NCBI GenBank assembly: GCA_964630825.1
Contig: CAZVZR010000002.1
Location: 19,648-83,647 of the forward strand
Length of the DNA: 64,000 nt
Reading direction: 5' to 3'
Source: an uncultured Planctomycetales bacterium
GTDB taxonomy: Bacteria; Omnitrophota; Gorgyraeia; Zapsychrales; Zapsychraceae
Shown here: positions 57,886-64,000 of the stretch, piece by piece
How positions within the stretch are numbered: position 1 is the first letter of the stretch
How the letters are laid out: every line of letters starts with the position of its first letter
The notes under the pieces: model-generated
Told to the model about the DNA's origin: nothing
Databases searched by the model: none
What the model saw: only the letters and a program-made list of their open reading frames with translations
Translations under genes and position numbers: made by a program

Positions 57886-58527
57886 ATGAAATTCGCAGTC
57901 TTTGCTTCCGGAAACGGCACAAACCTACAAAGAATCATTGAAGCGGTTAAAGCCGGGGAGATTACCGGTGAACTCGCACTGGTTTTTTCTGATAAAAGAA
58001 AATCCCTTGCTTTAAAACGTGCCGAAGAAGCTGGTATCCCTACTCTTGTATTAGAATACAAGGATTACACAAACAAACAAAGCCTTGAGCGTGATTTGAT
58101 CATTTATTTACGCCGGGCAAACATTGATTTTATTGTTTTAGCCGGATTTATGCGGATCCTTTCGCCTTATGTTATCCGTGAATACCCCGATAAAATTTTA
58201 AACATCCACCCGTCGCTTTTGCCTTCCTTTAAAGGAACCACATCCGTTAAAGATACCCTTACTTACGGCTGTAAAGTCGCCGGTGTTACGATTCATTTTG
58301 TCGACGACAAGATGGACCACGGGCCGATTATCCTGCAGGATTCCGTTAAGGTGCAGGAAGATGATAATCTTGAATCACTTGCCGAAAAAGTCCGCCAGGT
58401 GGAACACAAAATTTTTCCGAAGGCCATTCAATTGTTTATTGAAGGGCGTTTGAGAATCAAGGGCCGCAAAGTTAAAGTTCTTGAGAAAAAAAATACCCAC
58501 CTTGGAACCCCCGCCACCATTAAATAG
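57886..58527 (+). CDS. purN: Phosphoribosylglycinamide formyltransferase
   Basis: MKFAVFASGNGTNLQ, FIVLAGFMRIL, NIHPSLLP and HFVDDKMDHGPII. AGGAGTCAGG RBS before the ATG at 57886. The track start is upstream. Confidence 0.9.
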   Translation: MKFAVFASGNGTNLQRIIEAVKAGEITGELALVFSDKRKSLALKRAEEAGIPTLVLEYKDYTNKQSLERDLIIYLRRANIDFIVLAGFMRILSPYVIREYPDKILNIHPSLLPSFKGTTSVKDTLTYGCKVAGVTIHFVDDKMDHGPIILQDSVKVQEDDNLESLAEKVRQVEHKIFPKAIQLFIEGRLRIKGRKVKVLEKKNTHLGTPATIK

Positions 58528-58545
58528 TTTACTGACGATTAATAT

Positions 58546-60765
58546 ATGATCCGATTAATCAATTGGCTTATTGCACATTCGATCTATAATCTGCGCGTGG
58601 TGGGCGCGGGAAATGTTCCTGAAAAAGGCGGCGCCCTTATTGCCCCCAACCATATTTCTTTTGTCGATGCCATCTTGGTTTTGGCCTGCATTAAACGGCC
58701 GGTACGTTTTGTTATGGTCAAGGAAATGTACGAGTTGTCGGTTATTAATTGGTTTTGCCGCGCCTTACGCGTTATCCCCATCGACCCTAAATCCGGGCCC
58801 AAAGCCATCGTTGCCAGCTTGACTGAAGCGCGTAACGCCATTAAAGAAGGGGAGATCGTCTGTATTTTTCCGGAAGGGCATCTTACCCGCACGGGAAACA
58901 TGCTGCCGTTTCGCAAAGGTTTTGAGTTTATCATGAAAGAGTTGGATGCTCCGATTGTACCGCTTTATTTGGACAATGTTTGGGGCAGCATTTTTAGTTA
59001 CGCCAATGGGCGGTATTTCTGGAAATTTCCCAAATCAACACGTTACCCTGTTTCACTTTTTTTCGGTAAACCTTTACCGGCATCCGCCAAAGTCTTTGAG
59101 GTCAGGCTGGCCGTCCAGGAATTAGGCGCTGAAGCCAATATTTTGCGCGGCGGATTTCGCCAGAAACTTCATTTGTCCTTTTTGGATGAAGCCAAGCGGC
59201 ACGCTTTTTGTTTTTGTATGGCTGACTCCGTGGGAATGAAATTGCGTTACTTCGAAGTTTTAGCCGGCGCATTAGCCTTGTCACGGACGTTATTTTTGTC
59301 TTCGCGAGAATCATCAAAGTCTAACGAAATGGTCGGTGTTGTTTTGCCGTCTTCATGTGTCGCGTCGATGGTGAATTTAGCGGTGGCTTACGCCGGGAAA
59401 ATCCCGGTCAATTTGAATTTCACGCTTTCGGCGGAAGCTTTTAGTTCGTGCGTTAAGCAATGTCAGATGAAAATGATTGTTACCTCGCGTGCCTTTATTG
59501 AAAAGATCGGTTTGGCGCCTAGGCCAGAGATGGTTTTTGTCGAGGATATTAACAAACGGATTTCAAAATTTCAGAAAGCCTTGTTGGCTGCCTGTGCCGT
59601 CATTTTGCCGCGGTGGTTAATCAAATTGCTTTTGGTACGTGGGGACAAAAAGAATGTTGATGACGTGGCCACTGTGATCTTTTCCAGCGGCTCCACCGGG
59701 GAACCCAAAGGCGTACTGCTCACGCACGCGAATATTTTTTCCAACATTGAAAGTTTCTACCAGCTTTTTGATATTAAACATTCCGATGTGGTGATGGCAG
59801 CGCTGCCGTTTTTCCATTCTTTTGGTTTTACCGCGACATTATGTTTTCCCATCGGGACCGGAATCGCCGTTGTTTACCACACGAACCCTTTGGATGCGGC
59901 GACGATTGGAAAGCTCACTGAAAAATACAAAGCCACCATGATTATGGGCACACCGACGTTTATGTCGGCTTATTTGCGTAAATGCACGCCTGAACAATTT
60001 GCTTCCTTGCGGATGGCGGTGGTGGGCGCCGAGAAACTCAAAGAATCATTAGCCAATGCCTTCTACGAAAAATTTAAGGTCATGCCGTTTGAAGGCTACG
60101 GGGCGACTGAACTTTCCCCGATTGTCTCCGTCGGCTTTCCCGGTTATTTCAACGAAGAGACAAGGGAACGCCAGGTTGGAAATAAAGTCGGCAAGGTCGG
60201 CCATCCGATTCCCGGCGTGGCCATTAAGGTCGTTGATCCGGACACTTTTGAAATTAAAAATTTTGACGAAGCCGGATTGCTTTTGGTCAAAGGCGCCAAT
60301 GTAATGAAAGGGTATTTAAATAATCCCGCCAAGACCGCGGAAGTCCTCAAAGACGGCTGGTACGTCACCGGGGACATCGCCACGATTGATTCCGACGGCT
60401 TTGTGAAAATTACTGACCGCCTGAGCCGTTTTAGCAAGATCGGCGGCGAGATGGTCCCGCACATCAAAATTGAAGACAATATTATGGAAATTTTGGGAGC
60501 AGTCGATCCGGTGGTCGCCGTGAGCGCAGTAGCCGACGACAAAAAAGGGGAACGGCTGGTCGTCTTGCACGCCGTTGATTTGGATGTGGCGGCAGTTTGT
60601 GAAGAACTGGCGAAGAAGGGGCTGCCGAATCTGTGGATTCCCAAGAAGGAAAATTTTTACCGTATCGAGGCTATTCCGTTATTGGGCACGGGGAAATGTG
60701 ATTTAAAGAAAATTAAATCAATCGCGCAAGAACTCTCCAGCAAACATGAAAACGTTAACCCTTAA
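58546..60765 (+). CDS. aas: Bifunctional lysophospholipid acyltransferase / acyl-ACP synthetase (Aas-type: PlsC-like domain plus AMP-binding domain)
   Basis: HX4D motif NHISFVDA and FPEGH in the N-terminal domain. AMP-binding motifs IFSSGSTGEPKG, YGATE and GWYVTGD in the C-terminal domain. Confidence 0.85.
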   Translation: MIRLINWLIAHSIYNLRVVGAGNVPEKGGALIAPNHISFVDAILVLACIKRPVRFVMVKEMYELSVINWFCRALRVIPIDPKSGPKAIVASLTEARNAIKEGEIVCIFPEGHLTRTGNMLPFRKGFEFIMKELDAPIVPLYLDNVWGSIFSYANGRYFWKFPKSTRYPVSLFFGKPLPASAKVFEVRLAVQELGAEANILRGGFRQKLHLSFLDEAKRHAFCFCMADSVGMKLRYFEVLAGALALSRTLFLSSRESSKSNEMVGVVLPSSCVASMVNLAVAYAGKIPVNLNFTLSAEAFSSCVKQCQMKMIVTSRAFIEKIGLAPRPEMVFVEDINKRISKFQKALLAACAVILPRWLIKLLLVRGDKKNVDDVATVIFSSGSTGEPKGVLLTHANIFSNIESFYQLFDIKHSDVVMAALPFFHSFGFTATLCFPIGTGIAVVYHTNPLDAATIGKLTEKYKATMIMGTPTFMSAYLRKCTPEQFASLRMAVVGAEKLKESLANAFYEKFKVMPFEGYGATELSPIVSVGFPGYFNEETRERQVGNKVGKVGHPIPGVAIKVVDPDTFEIKNFDEAGLLLVKGANVMKGYLNNPAKTAEVLKDGWYVTGDIATIDSDGFVKITDRLSRFSKIGGEMVPHIKIEDNIMEILGAVDPVVAVSAVADDKKGERLVVLHAVDLDVAAVCEELAKKGLPNLWIPKKENFYRIEAIPLLGTGKCDLKKIKSIAQELSSKHENVNP

Positions 60766-61483
60766 TACCAAAGACAAGCACACCATTTTTATGAATCATT
60801 ACCAGGAAGGCCATCGGCAGGCGGTCATCCTGGCGCACGGATTTTTTAATAATAAAGACGTCTATCTTTTTAAAAAGATGGCGGAGGATTTATCGCAAAA
60901 TTATGATGTCGTCACTTTTGATTTCCGCGGGCACGGCAAAAGCAGCGGACTATTTGGCTGGACGTCACGTGAATATGAGGATCTGGAAGAGGTTTTTCAA
61001 TACACCCAAAAGCAAGGATACAGCAAGATCGGCGTACTGTCATTTTCTTTGGGGGCGGCCACAGCTTTGATTTGGGCCAGTCGAAAAAAGGAGATCCATT
61101 CGCTTATCGCGGTGAGCGCGCCGTTTGATTTTTGGCAGATTAATTTTCATTTTTGGGAACCGGAAATGCTGCATGATTTGAAACTCAATCTCAGTTATAA
61201 AGGCACTGGCAAAGGCGTCCGCCCGGGGAATCCACTCGTCGCCAAGATACGGCCGTTGGATGTTGTTGCGCAAGTTGCGCCGACACCGGTATTTTTTATT
61301 CACGGAGAAAAAGATTGGCTGATCAAGCCGCACCACAGCCAAAAATTATTTGAAAAAGCAAACGAACCCAAGAGGCTCGCCATTATGCCTAACGTCGGGC
61401 ATGCCGAAAATATTTATGATACGCATCCCAGTGAGTTCATGAGTTTGTGCAAAGAATGGTTTGGGGAAACATTGAAAAATTAG
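60746..61483 (+). CDS. Alpha/beta-fold hydrolase
   Basis: HGFFNNKD, nucleophile elbow GVLSFSLGA, and C-terminal His (NVGHAEN). Confidence 0.75.
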   Translation: MKTLTLNTKDKHTIFMNHYQEGHRQAVILAHGFFNNKDVYLFKKMAEDLSQNYDVVTFDFRGHGKSSGLFGWTSREYEDLEEVFQYTQKQGYSKIGVLSFSLGAATALIWASRKKEIHSLIAVSAPFDFWQINFHFWEPEMLHDLKLNLSYKGTGKGVRPGNPLVAKIRPLDVVAQVAPTPVFFIHGEKDWLIKPHHSQKLFEKANEPKRLAIMPNVGHAENIYDTHPSEFMSLCKEWFGETLKN

Positions 61484-61505
61484 TCCCTAATTAAAAGGAG
61501 GGCAA

Positions 61506-62192
61506 ATGATTTTATCTATCATTCAGGGGATCATTGTTTTATTTTTATATTTTCTGGGTGCGGTAGTTGTCGGCATGGCGCTTACACCCAGTATAATGCT
61601 TTTTATGAGCCTTCTTGATTGGGCGGCCCCGTTTAATGAAGGCATCAAGGCGGTGATTTTGGGGCTGGGCATCGCGGGCGGATTTTTTATCTTCGGGCTT
61701 TGCTTGCTTTTATTAGTGGGTTTCTTAAATATAATCCTTAATTTACGTTTGAAAGAAGGTAATTATAGTTTTAAAGACGGTGAATTGCTCAAATGGTATT
61801 TCTTAAATGCCTTGGTGCAGGCGGTGAAGGCATTTTTTATGGATTTTATGTTACTCACGCCCTTTGCCAGTTTATTTTACCGGATGATGGGTGCGCGTCT
61901 GGGGAAGAACGTACAGATCAATTCGAAAAACGTTGCCGATATTTCCTTGCTTGAAATCGGCGACAATTCGGTAATCGGCGGCAACGCTACTGTCATTGGG
62001 CATATATTTGAGAGAAGAGGGCTCAAATTAAAGAAAGTAAAAATTGGGGCCAATGCCGTCATCGGCCTTAATTCGGTCATTATGCCGGGCGCCCAAATCG
62101 GTGACGGGGCCATTGTCGCCGCCGGGGCGATTGTCCCCAAAGATACCGTCATCGAGCCACGTAGTGTGTATAAAGGAACCGATCATCCCTAA
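61506..62192 (+). CDS. Membrane-anchored hexapeptide-repeat (LbH) acyl/acetyltransferase
   Basis: Two or three N-terminal TM helices, then a left-handed beta-helix of hexapeptide repeats (IGDNSVIGGNATVIGHI...IGANAVIGLNSVIMPGAQIGDGAIVAAGAIV). Confidence 0.75.
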   Translation: MILSIIQGIIVLFLYFLGAVVVGMALTPSIMLFMSLLDWAAPFNEGIKAVILGLGIAGGFFIFGLCLLLLVGFLNIILNLRLKEGNYSFKDGELLKWYFLNALVQAVKAFFMDFMLLTPFASLFYRMMGARLGKNVQINSKNVADISLLEIGDNSVIGGNATVIGHIFERRGLKLKKVKIGANAVIGLNSVIMPGAQIGDGAIVAAGAIVPKDTVIEPRSVYKGTDHP

Positions 62193-62225
62193 TTTATGAG
62201 TAGTTATTTAATATCTAAAAAATAG

Positions 62226-62260
62226 TTGACAAATTAATAGTTAAATGTTAAACTATATTT
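62226..62260 (+). promoter_or_regulatory. Sigma70-type promoter (TTGACA, 17 nt, TAAACT) overlapped by an imperfect ATAGTTAAA/TTAAACTAT palindrome
   Basis: tagTTGACAaattaatagttaaatgtTAAACTatattt sits 20-50 nt upstream of the marR start codon. Confidence 0.6.
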
Positions 62261-62278
62261 AGAAATGAGGAAACAGCA

Positions 62279-62746
62279 ATGAAAGAACTGGAAACATACG
62301 GAATAGTAAAGGGAGAAGGCAAGTACCACGAAGAGGCTGTTTACAGCCTGGCGCTTCTCTATAATATCATCAGCGATGAAGTTTCCACATATCTCACCAA
62401 GTACAATCTCACGATCGGCAAGCTCAATGTCCTGATCGCCATCAAGCACCACGGCGGTGAAGAAGGCATCCCGCAGGTCGAAGTCAGCAAACATTTGATT
62501 GTCACTCCTTCTAATATGACTAATATGGTCGACAAACTGGAAGCCGATGGCTTGGTGAAAAGATATCCCTTGGAAGGGGACCGCCGGGTCAATATCACCA
62601 AAATCACTAAAAAAGGGGTAGATCTTCTGGATGGTTTATGGCCCGGATATACGGAAGTATTAAAGAAACAAATGGAAGGTTTAACAAAAGAGAAACAAAA
62701 GGCCTTGGCTAATTTATTGACTGAATGGTTTGAAGAACGGGCCTAA
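62279..62746 (+). CDS. MarR-family transcriptional regulator
   Basis: Winged HTH LTIGKLNVLIAIKHHGG...VSKHLIVTPSNMTNMVDKLEADGLVKRYPLEGDRRVNITKITKKG. Confidence 0.85.
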   Translation: MKELETYGIVKGEGKYHEEAVYSLALLYNIISDEVSTYLTKYNLTIGKLNVLIAIKHHGGEEGIPQVEVSKHLIVTPSNMTNMVDKLEADGLVKRYPLEGDRRVNITKITKKGVDLLDGLWPGYTEVLKKQMEGLTKEKQKALANLLTEWFEERA

Positions 62747-62808
62747 ATTTTTTTGGCTATATAGTTAACTAATTAACTATTTGATGGTTAATAAAAGGAG
62801 AAGCGCAC

Positions 62809-64000
62809 ATGGGAGTTATATGGATTGTCTCGATAATTATCACGATGGTTATTGTTGATGAGAAGAAGCTCAATTCCGTTTTATTTTTCATTCTAGCAGT
62901 GGCTACCGGGCCTTTGGCTGTCTTTGTTGCCCTGTTCTTTCCTTCGGGAAAGAAGAATATAGAGAAAGCAACTAACTTAGAAGATGCGCAAAGGCAATTG
63001 AGCGGTGTTAAAGATTCTCTGTTCACATTGCACCAAAGAGTCAATAACCTGGAAACTTTGATTGATAAATTAGCTCAACATACCGCGGCCCCCGAAGCCA
63101 AAGATAATTTAAAAGTTGAAGTGGCCGATGAGCAGTTTATTAAAGAAGAAGTTCAAGCTATGGAGAAGGAACATCTTCAGGAGGAGGCTGTAATTAAATC
63201 TCAACACACCAAAGATTCGGATATTGAAACCAAAATGGTTGAACCTTCAGAATCAACAACTGTCACGACGCATCAGGATATGGAGATCAATTTCGGCCGA
63301 AACTGGCTCAACAAAATCGGGATGGTTGTTTTTACTTTAGGGATGGGATTTTTGATCAGTTATACCTTTAAGTATTTCGGGCCATTTTTAAAGATTGCCT
63401 TCGGCTATGCGGTGAGCGCAGCTACATTTTTTATCGGTTTAAGATTGGAAACTAAAGAAAAGTTTGTGCATTTTGGCCGTGTCCTTTTAGGCGGCGCCTG
63501 GGCGTTGATCTATTTTACGACTTATGCGATGCACCATTTTGAAGCCTCGCGCCTTATCACCAGCCAGCTTTTGGATTTATGCCTTCTAGCTTTGGTCATC
63601 ATTGGCATGATGATCCATGTCTTAAAATATAAATCGGAAAGTGCGATGTCTTTGGCCATTTTTATCGCTTATATCACGGCGACATTAGGGCACATAACAA
63701 CTTTTACCGTCATTTATTGCCTGTTTTTATCTTTGATGGTTTTCTTCTTGGTTTATCATTTTGAGTGGGTAAAGACTTTTGTCATCAGCATCCTGATGAC
63801 CTATGGCATTCATTACATCTGGGTTATGCCCAATATCGCCGCGTCAGCGCAAAAAGACGCCCTCTTAGGAAATATCCCTGACTATTATACGATGATGAAT
63901 TTTATTTTTCTGACATCGTACTGGCTGGTCTTTCTTGTCGGGAATCATATTGCCCGCAGGGTCAAGGATTCTCGGCTGGTCGACATTCTTGCAGCCACTA
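62809..64000 (+). CDS. DUF2339-like polytopic membrane protein, 3'-truncated by the window end (absent from the ORF track because there is no stop)
   Basis: AAAGGAG RBS 8 nt before the ATG at 62809. The frame is open to the window end (397 codons). N-terminal TM helix, a charged coiled-coil-like linker, then more than 8 TM helices. Confidence 0.7.
   Translation, partial: MGVIWIVSIIITMVIVDEKKLNSVLFFILAVATGPLAVFVALFFPSGKKNIEKATNLEDAQRQLSGVKDSLFTLHQRVNNLETLIDKLAQHTAAPEAKDNLKVEVADEQFIKEEVQAMEKEHLQEEAVIKSQHTKDSDIETKMVEPSESTTVTTHQDMEINFGRNWLNKIGMVVFTLGMGFLISYTFKYFGPFLKIAFGYAVSAATFFIGLRLETKEKFVHFGRVLLGGAWALIYFTTYAMHHFEASRLITSQLLDLCLLALVIIGMMIHVLKYKSESAMSLAIFIAYITATLGHITTFTVIYCLFLSLMVFFLVYHFEWVKTFVISILMTYGIHYIWVMPNIAASAQKDALLGNIPDYYTMMNFIFLTSYWLVFLVGNHIARRVKDSRLVDILAAT

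Noticed and set aside
1-64000. Search for CRISPR arrays, rRNA, IS elements, integrases, recombinases and phage genes
   Set aside because: No evenly spaced short direct repeats, no rRNA-like segments, and no DDE transposase, tyrosine or serine recombinase signatures were seen on either strand. The only mobile-type content is the higBA pair and the possible tRNA-fragment scar.

Overview
This 64-kb window appears to come from an uncultivated diderm bacterium. Lnt, an LpxL-like acyltransferase and an outer-membrane porin are all present, and GC is roughly 42-45 % by eye. The lineage cannot be assigned from sequence alone. The window is gene-dense and almost all coding is on the + strand.

Content in order:
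1. A 5'-truncated uvrC with no (HhH)2 tail, an ogt-type MGMT domain and an orphan pilT.
2. A ~17-kb glycan and surface-decoration locus (2.5-19.7 kb). It holds five GT2/GT4 genes, a sulfotransferase, a radical SAM/SPASM enzyme, a B12-binding radical SAM enzyme, a UbiA-type prenyltransferase, a MORN-repeat protein, a CRTAC1/ASPIC FG-GAP protein, a Wzm/Wzt-like ABC-2 exporter and a polytopic GT-C-like membrane protein. It is followed directly by a 1702-aa Asn/Thr/Gly-rich, sequon-dense beta-helical surface protein that carries a perfect 2.2-kb internal tandem duplication.
3. prfB with its programmed +1 frameshift site, a higB/higA toxin-antitoxin pair, secA, lnt, a CheY-like receiver, an lpxL-like gene, a HAD phosphatase, the H+-pyrophosphatase, a lipoprotein and a LuxR-type regulator. 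The regulator sits behind two tandem terminators and a repeat-rich leader.
4. A complete nitrate-assimilation supercluster: nirBD, nrtABCD, a porin, a fused 4x[4Fe-4S] ferredoxin/membrane-anchor subunit, a NasA/NarB-like molybdopterin subunit and a MOSC protein.
5. tRNA-Phe, tRNA-Thr and a tRNA-like 3' fragment, embedded among a GT2 gene and two paralogous TMTC-like TPR membrane proteins.
6. An MFS transporter, purN, an Aas-type bifunctional acyltransferase, a hydrolase, a membrane-anchored hexapeptide acyltransferase, marR with palindromic boxes, and a DUF2339-like membrane protein running off the window end.

No rRNA, CRISPR array, transposase or integrase was recognised.
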